Assembly: GCF_902713615.1 (NCBI RefSeq)
Contig: NC_052175.1
Coordinates: 9,651,271-9,715,270 of the forward strand
Source: Scyliorhinus canicula
Taxonomy: Eukaryota
DNA length: 64,000 nucleotides
Reading direction: 5' to 3'
A program made the translations under genes and the position numbers. Below are positions 1 through 12,317 of the stretch, piece by piece (position 1 is the stretch's first letter; each line of letters starts with the position of its first letter). Below the pieces are notes generated by a model that did no database searches, was not told the DNA's origin, and saw only the letters and a list, made by a program, of their open reading frames with translations.

Positions 1-374
1 AGCTGATTCATTGTGTCAAGATCTGTTTGCGCAGTATTTTCAATTCCATGACACTTTTAATATCTTTCAAGGTGTTTTCACTAATTTCTACTCTTAAATA
101 ACATTTCTAACTTCCCGGCTCGCCGGACATCGATCATGCCGGAAAGCAAGCTCGGGTGTCATTGTCACAGATCTGCAAGTCTATCACCTCACGACTGCCG
201 ATCCGTTCCTACCTGAGCCGCTTTCGCGGCCTCAGCTATAGTTTGCTTTTATTGTTCTACTTACAATGTCAGCGCTTCAGTCTCGGGCACCAACCTGGTC
301 AACAAATTAGCGATTGACAGGCCTCAGGTTCAGGCTCCTTAGGTGTCTGTTACTTTCTCATCAACATCGCCGCT

Positions 375-811
375 GAATCCTGTTGACGGTGCCAAATATG
401 TATTGGGCTGCTTGTGCTTCGGACAAAATGTAATTCAGAGAACACGAATAGACGTTCGCCTACTCCAGTTTATTGATAACAGTATTATGATAGAAGAATA
501 TAATATAAGAATATTATAAGATAGGAATACAACACAACAATCTCTCGCCCTTCAGCTCGTCGGGGCCCCCGGTGTCCACAGCAGCTTCGAGATTCAGCTC
601 CTGGCACCTGTCGCGACTGAGATCCGAGGTGAAGTCCAACGACGAGTCGCAATTCCTCTTATGTATGCTGTGAAATAAATAAGTCTAGGAGAGATAAGCG
701 TCTGGGAAAGTCAGCAAGATGTATGAGAACGCCCGAGGCTGAAGACCTGGAACTTTATGTCCCAGACAACATGCTGGCCCTGGAAGGCTGCAAATATCTT
801 CACATTTGACA
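375..811 (-). mobile_element. LTR retroelement 5' LTR (399-811) followed by a tRNA-Ser-like primer-binding site (375-394); leader/internal region continues toward the window start
   Basis: The minus strand reads TGTCAAATG (811) to AATACA (399), i.e. TG..CA ends, with an internal AATAAA. After a 4-nt spacer comes TGGCACCGTCAACAGGATTC, which resembles the complement of a tRNA-Ser 3' end (TGGCG....CAGGATTC). A diverged relative lies at about 30250-30822. Confidence 0.55.
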
Positions 812-954
812 GAATTAAGAAGAGAGAGAGAGAGGGAGAGTGAGGGAAAGACAGAGAGGGAAAGACAGAGAGAGAGTGAGGCACAGAGAGAGAGATAGCG
901 AGATAGAAAGGTTTACATAAACGAGGGATAAATAAATGGAGAAGGAATCTATTA

Positions 955-1325
955 ATCGAGGTTTACCGTATGAAAGCTAGCGCTTCGGCCCAACTTGCCC
1001 ATGACGTCCAGGTTTTACCACTCAGCTAGTCCCAATTTTCCGCAGATCACCCATATCCCTCTATACCCAGCTTTGCCATAAAACTCTCGGTGTCTTTTAA
1101 AAGACAGCATTGTACCGCCACTACGACTGCCGCTGGTAGCTGGCTCCAGACACTCACTGCCCTCTTTATGAAAGAATTGCCCTCTGGGCCGTTTTGCATA
1201 TATCACCCCTCACCTTAAAACTAAACCTTCTAGTTTTACACCCCTACCATTCGGAAAATACTTTGACTATCCACCTTATGTATGTCCCTCATTGTTTTAT
1301 AGACCTCTATAAGATCAGCCCTAAG
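955..1325 (-). mobile_element. CR1-clade LINE 3' fragment, decayed
   Basis: The minus strand shows the degenerate CR1 RT C-terminus (RADLIEVYK...) and 3' UTR. ORF 1015-1206 is part of it. Confidence 0.7.
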
Positions 1326-2032
1326 TCTTCCAATGGTAAGATTCTTGGCAGTGTGGATGAGCAGAGAGATCTCTGTGTCCATGTCCAGAGATCCCTGAAA
1401 GCTCCCACTCAGGTTGAGAGGGTTGTTAAGAAGGCGTACGGTGTGTTAGCTTTTATTGGCAGAGGGATTGAGTTTCGGAGCAATGAGTTCATGTTGCAGC
1501 TGTACATAACTCTGGTGTAGCCGCATTTGGAGTATTGCGCGCAATTCTGGTCGTTGCATTATAGGAAGGATGTGGAAGCATTGGAAAGGTGCAGATGAGG
1601 TTTACCAGAATGTTGCCTGGTGTGAAGATCTTTTCATTGAAGGCTGAGGGACTTGAAGCTTTTTTCGTTAGAGAGAAGAATGTAAAGAGGTGACTTAATT
1701 GAGGTATACAAGATGATCAGAGGATTAGATAGGCAGGACAGTAGGAGCGTTTTTACTCGGATGGTGATGCTTGGCACGAGGGGACATAGCTTTAAATTGA
1801 GGGGAGATAGATACAGGACAAATATCAGAGTTAGGTTCTTTACTCAGAGAGTAGTAAGGGCGTGGAATGCACTGCCAGCAATAGTAGTGGACTCGCCAGC
1901 ACTAAGGGCATTCAAATGGTCATTGGATAGATATATGGATGATAAGGGAATAGTGTAGATGGGCTTTGGAGTGGTTTCACAGGTCGGCGCGACATCGAGG
2001 GCCGAAGGGCCTGTACCACGCTGTCATGCTCT
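1326..2032 (+). mobile_element. CR1-clade LINE 3' fragment
   Basis: ORFs 1194-1520 (QVERVVKKAYGVLAFIGRGIEFRS) and 1713-1958 (GHSFKLRGDRYRT...RVVRAWNALP) are the CR1 ORF2 C-terminus. The 3' tail is GGCCGAAGGGCCTGTAC. Confidence 0.9.
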
Positions 2033-3128
2033 AAGCATATGGTCCAGGAAAAAAAAGTTCCAGTCTAACCAGTTTCTCCTTAGAACTGAAGCCATCAAGT
2101 TCCGGTAGCATGCTCGTAAATATTTTCTGCGCTCGTTCAAGTTTAATAATAACCTTTCTATCAAAGGGTGACCAGAACTTTACTCAGTATTCCAAGTATT
2201 GGTTCACTAATGTCTTGTAGAACTTCAGAAATCCTCCCAACTCCTGTATTCAATGTTCTGATCAATAAAACTAAACATGCCGAATGCCTTCTTCACCAAC
2301 CTGTCCACCAGTAACTCAACTTACAAGTAGCTATGGACCTTTACCGCTCTATCTATTTGTTCTATAACTCTCCCCAACTCTCTACCATTAACTGAGTCGG
2401 CCCTGCTCTTATTCCATCTCCAAAAATGCATCACCTCACATTTATCTGAATTAAACTCCATCTGCCATTCATTGGCCCACTGGCCCAACTGATCAACATA
2501 CCGTTGCAATCCTAGATAACCTTCTTCACTATCCATTGTGCCAGCAATATTGATGCCATCTGTAAACGTCCTAACCGTGCCTCCTAGATTATGATCGAAA
2601 CCATTAATATAAATAAAACATAACACTGGACCCATCACTGATCCCTGAGGCACAGCGCTGGTTACAGGCCTCTGGTTTGTAAAACAGCCCATTACAAACA
2701 CCCTTTGTCTTCTGTCGTCAATTGTGTGTCCAATTGGCAACATCACCCGGGTTCCCGTGAGATTTACCATCATGCAATAACCTAAGACGCGGTACGTTGT
2801 CGAAGGCCTTGCTAATGTCCATGTATACAACGTCGACTGCACTTTCCTCATCCATCTCCATCGTTACCCCTTCAAGAAACTTAATCAAATTCGTGTGACA
2901 TGATTTTCCACTTGTGAAGGCAAGCTGACGGTCCCTAATCAGTCCTTGTTGCTCTTGATGCCTGTGGATCCTCTGTCAGACGAGATTCTCACAATTTACC
3001 CACCACAGAAGTTGGGCTCACCGATTTTAGTTCCCCGGCTTTTCCCTGACCAAAGGCACAACATTTGCTCCCCTCCAATCTTCAGGCACTTCACCTGTGG
3101 CTGTTGGTGATTCAAATATCTCTGCTGG

Positions 3129-3356
3129 GGGCAGCACGGTGGCACAGTGGTTATCATTGCTGCAGACGGCACTGAGGACCCGGGTTCAAATCCTGGCCCT
3201 GGGCCGCTGTCTGTATGGAGTTTTCACTTTATCTCCGTGACCGCGTGGGTTTAGCCCCGACAACCCAAAGATGTGTGCAAGTTAGGCGGATTGGCCACGC
3301 TAAATTGACTCTTAATTGGAAAAAAATAATTGGGTACTCTAAATTTAAATATATAT
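3129..3356 (+). mobile_element. tRNA-derived V-SINE (HE1-like, short-tail subfamily) with 13-bp target-site duplication
   Basis: Head GGGCAGCACGGTGGCACAGTGG, B-box GGTTCAAATCC and V-SINE core. ATATCTCTGCTGG is duplicated at 3116-3128 and 3357-3369. Confidence 0.85.
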
Positions 3357-3759
3357 ATATCTCTGCTGGAGGAACCGCAATTTCCGCTAAGCTTCTCGCA
3401 ACTTCCTGCGATACATGTCATCAGTTCCCGGGAATTTATCCAGCGTGAAGCGCTTTTAAGACTTCTAACACCCCCTTTGTTGTAATATGTACACTCCTGA
3501 AGTCGTCACTATTTATTTGCCCAAGTTCCCTAACATCCTTGACTTTCTTAATAGTAAATACCGATGAGAAATATTCAATTCGGATCTGATCCATCTCTTG
3601 TGGGTCCGCACATAGATCCTTGTAGATCCTTGAGGCACCTGTACTCTCCCATGTTACTCTTTTCCCCTTCATGTATTTGAAGAAGCTCTTTGGATTCTCC
3701 TTTGAATTATCAAAAATTACTAATTTTTGCCAATCATTATTTTTGGGAAAAACGTTCAT

Positions 3760-4365
3760 TTTCTCGGCGAGTTAAGCATTGAGAGTATCATTCCGTTTTC
3801 TTGCAGACCGGGTTGCATCAAAATTTGGTATGTTTTACCAACCATTCATTTTGGAAAAAAGTGTTTTGTTGAGTAATATGCCGTTTGTTTTCAGAGCGGC
3901 TTCCATCTAAGTTTACTATTTTTTTGGCAAACGTTCATTTTGGAAAAAAAGTGATTTTCTCGGCGAGTTCAGCATTTGAGTAATTTGAGCGGCTTGCATC
4001 AAAATTAATTATTGTTTGCCAAACATTCATTTTGGGAAAAAAATGATTTTCTCAGGAAGTTAAGAATTTTGCGTAATATGACATTTGGTTTCAGAGCGGC
4101 TTGCATCTAAATTGACTATTTTTTTTGGCAAACGTTCATTTAGGAAAAAAAGGTGTTTTTCTCGGCGAGTTGAACATTTTGAGTAATTTGCCTTTTGGTT
4201 TCAGAGCGGCTTCCATCAAAATATACCATTTGTTGCCAAACATTCATTTTGGGAAAGAAAACTGATTTCTCGGCGAGTTAAGCATTTTGAGTAATTGGAG
4301 CGGCTTGTATCAAAATTAACTATTATTTACCCAGCAATCAGTAGGGAAAAAAGTGATTTGGCGAA
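3760..4365. repeat. Tandem repeat, about 6 units of 93-110 bp
   Basis: GAGCGGCTT(G/C)CATC recurs at 3894, 3987, 4094, 4204 and 4298, each with CAAACATTCATTTTGGGAAAA and TTCTCGGCGAGTT. Confidence 0.85.
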
Positions 4366-5057
4366 TTGAGCATATCTACCAAACGCAATCTCATATTGCC
4401 TGTTTGCCGTCCCGATTTCTCTCGTAACTCTTCCCCAACAACCTCAATACCCTTCAAAATATCCACTTGCTCCCGGCTTCCTGTGCATGTCATATGCCTC
4501 CTTCTTTTTGATCAGGCCTCAATCCCGAGTAATCCGTGATTTCCTACTTCTCCCAACCTTGCCCTACAGTCGAAAAGGAATGTGCTGTCACTGAAACCTG
4601 GTTAACACACATTTGAAAGGCTCCCACTCACCAGCTGTCCCTTTGCGTGCCAACAGATTCCCTCAGTCAGCTTTTGAAAGTCCCTCTCTAAGACCATCAA
4701 AATTGGCCTTGCCCCAATTTAAGATTTTAACTTTTTGGCCAGACCAATTATTCACTACAGCGACCATAAAACTAATGTAATTATGACCACACGTCCCAAA
4801 GTGATTCCTCACTAACTCGTCTGCCACCTGTCCTTTCTTATTACCCAAGAGGAGGTCAAGTTTCCCCCCTCTCTAGTCAGGCCATACTGACTATATGGGG
4901 ATCGGTAGTCCAATACAATCAAAGTGATTTATCTCTTTTTATTTTTCAGTTCTACCCATATTGACTCAGTGGGTGAACTCAGGGTGGTCCCCTCTCAGCA
5001 GTTAGCACAGTTGCTTGACAGCTGCAGGTTTGATTCTCCGTTTGAGGCTCTGTCTGC

Positions 5058-5336
5058 AGGTAATGGGCGGAAGATAATGGGATCAGATAATGAGGGCAGA
5101 TAACAGGGAAAGATAATGGACGCAGGTAATGGGGGAAAATACTGGGGGCAGATAATAAGGGCGGATGATAGGGGAAGATAATGGAGGCAGGTAATGGGAG
5201 CATATAGTGAGACAGATAAAGAGGGCAGATAACTGGGAGCACATAATGGGGCAGATAATGGGGGCAGATAATGGGGGAAAATAATGGGGCAGATAATGGG
5301 GGAAGATAATGGGGCAGATAATGGCTGGACAGTTAA
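5058..5336. repeat. GATAATGGGGGCA-type minisatellite (about 14-15 bp unit), the target site of the L1 insertion
   Basis: Directly visible repeats; the same array resumes at 12591-12690. Confidence 0.9.
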
Positions 5337-6578
5337 CTTCCGGGCGGCGAGCGAGGAGGTCGCCGGGAGAGGGGCTCCCGCAAGCGGTGGACAGCAGGAG
5401 GAACAGCCCCCCCCCCCCCCGACAGGCCGGACGGCGGAGGAGGAGCGCCGGCGGAGGAGCCGGAGCGGGAGCCGAGGAGACGGAGCCGAGGAGCCGGAGC
5501 GGAGGAGCCGAGGAGCCGGAGCGGAGGAGCCGGGGAGCCGAGGAGCCGGGGCGGAGGAGCCGAGGAGCCGGGGCGGAGGAGCCGAGGAGCCGGAGCGGAG
5601 GAGCCGAGGAGCCGGAGCGGAGGAGCCGAGGAGCCGGAGCCGAGGAGCCGGAGCGGGAGCGGAGGAGCCGGAGCCGAGGAGCCGGAGCCGAGGAGCCGGA
5701 GCGGGAGCGGAGGAGCCGGAGCGGAGGAGCCGGAGCGGCGACAGGGGGGCCCAACAGCAGCAGGTCCATCCCCTCTCCCCCCCCCCCCCCCCACGCGGGC
5801 CAGGAGCGGTGCGGCGGCGGCCCCTCTTCTCTCCCCCCCCCCCACGCGACCCAGGAGCGGTGCGGCGGCGGCGGCCCCTCTTCTCTTCCCCCCCCCCCCA
5901 CGCGGGCCAGGAGCGGTGCGGCGGCGGCGGCCCCTCTTCTCTTCCCCCCCCCCCCCACGCGGGCCAGGAGCGGTGCGGCGGCGGCGGCCCCTCTTCTCTC
6001 CCCCCCCCCCCACGCGGGCCAGGAGCGGTGCGGCGGCGGCGGCCCCTCTTCTCTCCCCCCCCCCCCCCCACGCGGGCCAGGAGCGGTGCGGCGGCGGCGG
6101 CCCCTCTTCTCTCCCCCCCCCCCACGCGGGCCAGGAGCGGTGCGGCGGCGGCGGCCCCTCTTCTCTTCCCCCCCCCCCAGCCCGCAGCGGGGCCCCCCCC
6201 CCCAGCCAGCAGCGGGGACCCCCCCCCCAGCCAGCAGCGGGGACACAACCCCCCCCCCCCCCCAGCCAGCAGCGGGGACACAACCCCCCCCCCCCCAGCC
6301 AGCAGCGGGGACACAACCCCCCCCCCAGCCAGCAGCGGGGACACAACCCCCCCCCCCCCAGCCAGCAGCGGGGACCCCCCCCCCCCAACCAGCAGCGACC
6401 ACCGGCCCACTCGCCCCTCCCCCCCCCCAACTGCTGTGACCACCACGTGGCAAAGACAAAGGGACTCTCTCTCCTGGTTGAGTGGGGAAAAAAGAAAAAA
6501 GAGACTTGTATTTCTGTTCTTCCCAAAAGAAAACTGGTAAAGAGAAAAGGGGTAGGGGAAATAAATTTAAAAAAAAAA

Positions 6579-6615
<37 letters not shown>

Positions 6616-6691
6616 TAGATATATAATAATAAATAAAATAAAAATAGGGTGCGGAAAAGGGGGAAAAAGAAGAACAAGGAGAGAAGAAAAG

Positions 6692-7717
6692 ATGAAGGGG
6701 AAGGGGGAGAAAAAAGTGCCAGAAAGGAGCCAAGAGAAAGGGGGCACCGGAAGTAGACTGGGCAAAGGGAAAGCCAGCTCGGGCGAACGAGTCAACACGC
6801 GAAGCGGCGGGAAGGATGCTTCGCCGCATCCAGAAGAGCTGGACGGGCGGGCAACCTCTCCCCTGGGGTTAGAGGGGGGCGTGAATTGGAAGGAAGCCTT
6901 TGCCGAGGTGGTGAGGGAGCAGCTGCAGGCATTCAAGGCAGAGTTAAAAGCAGACGCAGAGGCCGCAGCACAGGCAGCAGTGACCAGGGCCATGTCAGGG
7001 GTGCAGCAGGTTCTGACCAGATTGGAGAAGAAAGTGGATGCCCAAGGGAAGATACTGGAAGCCCAAGGGAAGATACTGGAAGCCCAGGGGGCAACCATTA
7101 AAGAGCTGGAGAAGGCAGCGACTGACGCGAGCGACCGGGTCATATCCCTGGAGAGGGGAATGGTGAAACTGAGTGCAACACAGGGGAGCCTGAAGGGCAG
7201 GGTAGACGACCAGGAGATCAGCTCGAGAAGGCAAAATATCAAGATAGTGGGCCTGCCAGAGGGGATAGAGGGTAGAAATCCCACAACACTCGTGGCTGCG
7301 ATGCTGGGCTCCTTAGTGGGGCGGGAAACTTTTCCCACCCCACCGGAAATGGACAGAGCTCATCGGTCACTGCGCCCGAAGCCCAAGGAAGGGGAAAAAC
7401 CGAGAGCAGTTATAGCCAGACTGCACCGGTACCGGGATAGGGAGACAATCCTGCGCTGGGCCAAGGAGAATAGAGCCTGCAATTGGGACGGGCACGCCAT
7501 CCGAATCTACGAGGATTTTGGAGCGGACATAGCTAAGAGACGGGCGGATTTCAACAGAGCGAAAGCAGCTCTCTATAAGAACAAAGTACGTTTTGGTATG
7601 CTGTACCCAGCAAAACTCTGGGTCACATACCAACACAAGGAATATTTCTTTACAGCCCCTGCCGAGGCGAATAGATTCGTCGAGGAGCACGGGCTGGAAA
7701 AACGCCATGGGAAGTAG
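6692..7717 (+). CDS. L1 ORF1 protein (coiled coil + RRM + CTD, L1-transposase type)
   Basis: Contains RRQNIKIVGLPEGIEG, EMDRAHRSLRPKP, IRIYEDF and FGMLYPAKLWV. The likely start is ATG 6692 (MKGKGEKK), in frame with track ORF 6482-7717. Confidence 0.85.
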   Translation: MKGKGEKKVPERSQEKGGTGSRLGKGKASSGERVNTRSGGKDASPHPEELDGRATSPLGLEGGVNWKEAFAEVVREQLQAFKAELKADAEAAAQAAVTRAMSGVQQVLTRLEKKVDAQGKILEAQGKILEAQGATIKELEKAATDASDRVISLERGMVKLSATQGSLKGRVDDQEISSRRQNIKIVGLPEGIEGRNPTTLVAAMLGSLVGRETFPTPPEMDRAHRSLRPKPKEGEKPRAVIARLHRYRDRETILRWAKENRACNWDGHAIRIYEDFGADIAKRRADFNRAKAALYKNKVRFGMLYPAKLWVTYQHKEYFFTAPAEANRFVEEHGLEKRHGK

Positions 7718-8488
7718 GGACGAGGGGCCCATGGCAAGGAGACACGTCATGCCGACGGGGGGGTGGGGAGGGGCGAGGCAAAGCCAGCCCCCTCCCCCCT
7801 GGCAGAAACACCCAGAACGGAAAACAACCCAATGCCCTAGGGCCCGCTCCAGGTGGGAGTCCAGGCCCCGGCACGAGGGAACGGGAGTACTGGAGAGGGG
7901 AGAGGGGAAGCGGGACAGCAACCTCCGAGAGGGGAGCCACCGTGCTAGCAGGAAAGCTAGCGAAGGGGGCGCGCAACAGAGCAGGGCCGCAGCGCACCCC
8001 CAACAGGGGGGAAGGCGCCAGGCAGGGGAGGGGGGGGATCACCCATCAAAGGTGGGAGAGCAAATGGGGACAGGAATGGGGGAGAGAGGGGCAATGGAGG
8101 GGTACACAGGGGTATCCCCGAAAGGGATAGAGCGGGGGGGGGGCACCCGGGGGGCGAGAGACCAGGGAGGGGAAACGCAGGGACGAAGGGACAAAAGAGG
8201 CCAGTAAGGGAATAGGGCCACAAAGTGCCACAGACAAGGGCTCGAAACAGGGAACTGCTGCAAGCACCCACCCAGTACGGTCTGTGGGTGAAGGGGCCCC
8301 CCGGAGTGCAGGGGACTACCCGCGTGGCGGACACAAAGTGGACGGCCATGGCGGGTGTCCCCGGGACAAGGGGGAACCCCGGAGCGCAGGGACCCGACCG
8401 CATGGGGAGAGCAGTGATAGTGGACATCCTGGACGGCCCCCTAACATAGGGAAACCCCAGAGGGCAGGGGCGCGTCCACCGGACAAAT

Positions 8489-11400
8489 ATGGTTAACCCC
8501 ACAGGAGCAAGGGGGCAGAAGCCCCCCACCAGAATAGTCACCTGGAACGTAAGGGGACTTAACGGCCCAGTGAAGAGATCTAGAGTCCTCACCCACCTTA
8601 GAAACATGAGGGCCGACATAGTCTTCCTCCAAGAGACGCACTTGAGGGAGTGGGACCAACTGCGGGTAAGAAAGGGCTGGGTGGGACAAACCTATCATTC
8701 CTGTTATGGGGCAAGGGCCAGGGGGGTGGCGATCCTGATTGGCAAGAGGACAATGTTTAGGGCGACAAAGACGGTTACGGACCCAGGGGGACGGTATGTC
8801 ATGGTCAGCGGGGCCCTGGATGGGGCGCCGGTAGTTCTAGTTAACGTGTACGCGCCCAACTGGGACGACACGAGCTTCATCCAAAAGACCATGGCAGAAA
8901 TCCCGGACATAGCGACGCACCGACTAATCATGGGGGGGGACTTCAACTGTGTACAGGACCCAACGACGGACAGATCAAACCCCAGAACGGGGAAAACCTC
9001 AAACATGGCAAGGGAACTCAGCCACTATATGGAGCAGATGGGAGCAGTAGACCCCTGGAGATTCGCCCACCCGGGGGAGAAAGAATTCTCTTTCTTCTCC
9101 CCAGTACACAACGTGTACACCAGAATTGACTTCTTTGTGGTGGGGAAAACGGTGCTTCCAGAGATAGACAAGGTGGAATACTCCGCAATTGTGATATCAG
9201 ACCACGCTCCACACTACATGGATGTGCGGCTAGAGACGGGAAGGGCCCAGCGCCCCAAATGGAGGTTGGACGGTGCCTTACTAGCTGACAAGGCCTTCAG
9301 CGAAAGGATAGCGCAGGCCATAGCGGAGTACACTGAGATCAACCAAAACGGGGAGGTCTCACCCTCCACGTTCTGGGAAGCGCTTAAGGCCGTACTAAGA
9401 GGGGAAATCATAGCCTACAAAGCGCAAAGAGATAGGGAGGAAAGGGTGGCTAGGCAGAAGCTGGTCGACTCCATACTGGAGGTAGACCATAAATACTCCG
9501 AGGCCCCGACTGTAGAACTCCTGGCGGAGAGAAAAGAATTACAAAGGAACTTTGACCTGCTCTCCACCAGGAAAGCAGTACACCAACTCCGCCAGGCACG
9601 CGGGGCCCTATACGAACACGGAGACAAAGCCAGCCGCCTGTTGGCCCACCAGCTGAGAAAGCAGGCAGCCAGCAGAGAAATTGCGCAAATCAGAGATACC
9701 AGAGGCACGTTGGAAACAGAACCAGAGAAGATTAACAAAACCTTCAAGGCCTTCTACCAAGAGCTGTACACCTCAGAGCCCCCAACGGGGAAGGCTGGGA
9801 TGAACCGGTTTCTTGACGGACTGAACATACCAGTTGTGGGAGAGGGCAGAAAACGGGATCTGGAAGCACCACTAGCACTGGGAGAGATCATGGACAGCAT
9901 TAGCTCCATGCAGGCGGGGAAGGCGCCGGGACCGGACGGATTCCCGGCGGACTTCTACAAAAAATTTGCGACAGCGCTGGCCCCGCACATGCGGGAGATG
10001 TTCACAGACTCGCTAGCTAGGGGCACGTTGCCACCCACGTTAGCACAGGCCTCAATCTCGCTGATACCTAAGAAAGACAAAGACCCAACGGAATGTGGGT
10101 CATACAGACCCATATCTCTGCTGAATGCAGACGCCAAAATACTGGCCAAAATCCTAGCCAAAAGGCTAGAAGACTGTGTACCTGAGGTGGTCACAGAGGA
10201 CCAGACGGGCTTTGTCAAAGGTAGACAGCTGACCGCGAACATCAGGCGCCTGCTGAACGTGATAATGACCCCCTCCGGGGAGAGAACACAAGAGGTGATC
10301 GTCTCCCTGGACGCAGAAAAGGCCTTCGACAGAGTCGAATGGAAATACCTCATAGAGGTACTGGAGCGGTTCGGGCTTGGAACAGGGTTCACCGCTTGGG
10401 TAAAGCTCCTGTACAACGCTCCCATGGCGAGTGTACAGACCAACAATACCAACTCCCAATACTTCCAGCTGCACAGGGGCACCAGACAAGGATGCCCACT
10501 GTCCCCGCTGCTGTTCGCACTAGCAATCGAACCGCTAGCAATCGCGCTCAGGGCAGCAAAAAATTGGAGGGGGATCCGAAGGGGAGGTAGAGAGCACAGA
10601 GTCTCACTCTATGCGGATGATCTGCTCCTCTATATCTCGGACCCACAAAGCAGCATGGACGGAATCATCGCGCTCCTGAAAGAGTTTGGAGCCTTCTCGG
10701 GCTACAAACTCAACATGAGCAAAAGTGAGATCTTCCCATTACACCCGCAAGGGGGGGGGGGGGGCAGCACTAAAGGGGCTGCCGTTCAAACAAGCCCGAC
10801 ATAAATTCCGCTACCTGGGGATCCAAATAGCCCATGACTGGAAAGGGATCCACAAATGGAACCTCACCAGCCTGACGGAGGAAGTTAAAAAGGACCTGCA
10901 AAGATGGAACACACTCCCGCTCTCCCTCGCGGGGAGAGTTCAGACGATCAAAATGAACGTACTGCCCAGGTTCCTCTTCCTGTTTAGATCCATTCCGATC
11001 TACATCCCCAAGGCCTTTTTCAAAGCGCTGGACAAACTCATCATGGCGTTCGTATGGGGGGGTAAAAATGCTAGGATCCCAAAGAAGGTCTTACAAAAAA
11101 CAAAAACCAGGGGAGGGTTAGCCCTTCCGAATCTACAATTCTACCACTGGGCAGCAACAGCCGAGCGAGTAAGGGGATGGATCCAGGAGCCAGAAGCTGA
11201 GTGGGTGCGTGCGGAGGAGGCCTCCTGCATGGGAACCTCCCTCCGGGCCCTCGCCACGGCAGCACTCCCATCCCCACCCAAAAAACACTCCAGCAGCCCA
11301 GTGGTGACAGCCACCCTCCAATCCTGGAACCAACTGCGGCAGCAACTTGGCCTGACCAAAATGTCGAACAGGGCTCCCATCTGCAACAACCATAGGTTCA

Positions 11401-12317
11401 AACCAGCACTGACCGACGCCACCTTCAAAAGGTGGAGGCAGGACGGGGGGACACTGACAGTCAGGGACCTATACACGGACGACAGGATCGCAACACTGGA
11501 CGAACTGACAGAGAAATTTCAGCTAGCTGGGGGGAACGAGCTACGGTACCTGCAGCTCAAAAACTTCCTACGAAAGGAGACAAGGACGTACCCACAACCG
11601 TCACGACAGACACTACTGGAAGACCTACTGGACGCAAGTATCCTAGAGAAAGGGAACTGTAGTGACATGTATGACCGACTGGTAGATAGGGACGACACCG
11701 TACTGGACGCAACAAGGAGGAAATGGGAGGACGACCTGGGGATGGAGATCGGGTGGGGACTCTGGAGCGAAGCACTGCATAGGGTCAACTCCACCTCCAC
11801 GTGCGCAAGGCTCAGCCTGACGCAACTAAAAGTGGTACATAGAGCCCACTTAACAAGAACCCGTATGAGTAGGTTCTTCCCGGAGGTGGAAGACAGATGT
11901 GAACGGTGCCAAAGAGGCCCGGCCAACCACGCCCACATGTTCTGGTCTTGCCCCAGACTCGTGGAGTACTGGACAGCCTTCTTCGAGGTAATGTCCAAAG
12001 TGGTGGGAGTGAGGGTGGAGCCATGCCCGATAGTGGCGGTCTTCGGGGTTTCAGAACAGCCAGATCTATTCCTGGGGAGGAGGGCGGATGCCCTTGCCTT
12101 TGACTCCCTGATCGCCCGCCGTAGAATCCTGTTTGGCTGGCGGTCAGCAGCACCGCCCAGAGCTGCGGACTGGCTGTCCGACCTCTCGGAATCTCTCCAA
12201 ATGGAGAAAATCAAATTTGCCATCCGAGGGTCGGACGACGGCTTCCACAGAACGTGGGAGCCATTCATGCAACTGTTCCGGGACCTATTTGTGGCCAATG
12301 TACAAGAGGAAGAATAG
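8489..12317 (+). CDS. L1 ORF2 (APE endonuclease, reverse transcriptase, CCHC knuckle) with a single +1 frameshift in a G14 run at 10751-10764
   Basis: TWNVRGLN, FLQETH, GGDFN, SDH (APE); KAPGPDG, RGTRQGCPLSP, YADD (RT); CERC..NHAHMFWSC. Track ORFs 8489-10804 and 10725-12317 join if the G run is 13 nt. Confidence 0.9.

Larger units (their letters stand above)
2040..4960 (-). mobile_element. Decayed CR1-clade LINE interrupted by a SINE and a tandem repeat
   Basis: RT motifs in 2321-2851 (AVPQGSVMGP, WANEWQMEFNSDKCEVMHF), 3436-3759 (ENPKSFFKYMKGKR) and 4663-4848 (LNWGKANF); multiple stops and frameshifts. Confidence 0.85.

Noticed and set aside
955-2032. Oppositely oriented CR1 pieces suggesting a twin-priming inversion
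   Set aside because: Both pieces cover the same 3' region and have different tails, so they are two independent insertions.
3129-3210. tRNA-like A/B boxes as tRNA genes (all SINE heads)
   Set aside because: They continue into the V-SINE core and LINE-like tails, have TSDs and do not form a complete cloverleaf.
3760-4365. Regularly spaced repeats as a CRISPR-like array
   Set aside because: The context is eukaryotic, the inter-repeat sequence is itself repeated rather than unique spacers, and there are no cas genes.
4995-7338. Long ORFs of 376-751 aa on both strands (Gly/Pro/Ala/Arg-rich)
   Set aside because: They are stop-free readings of the GC-rich tandem repeats in the L1 5' UTR and the antisense of ORF1, with no domain signature.
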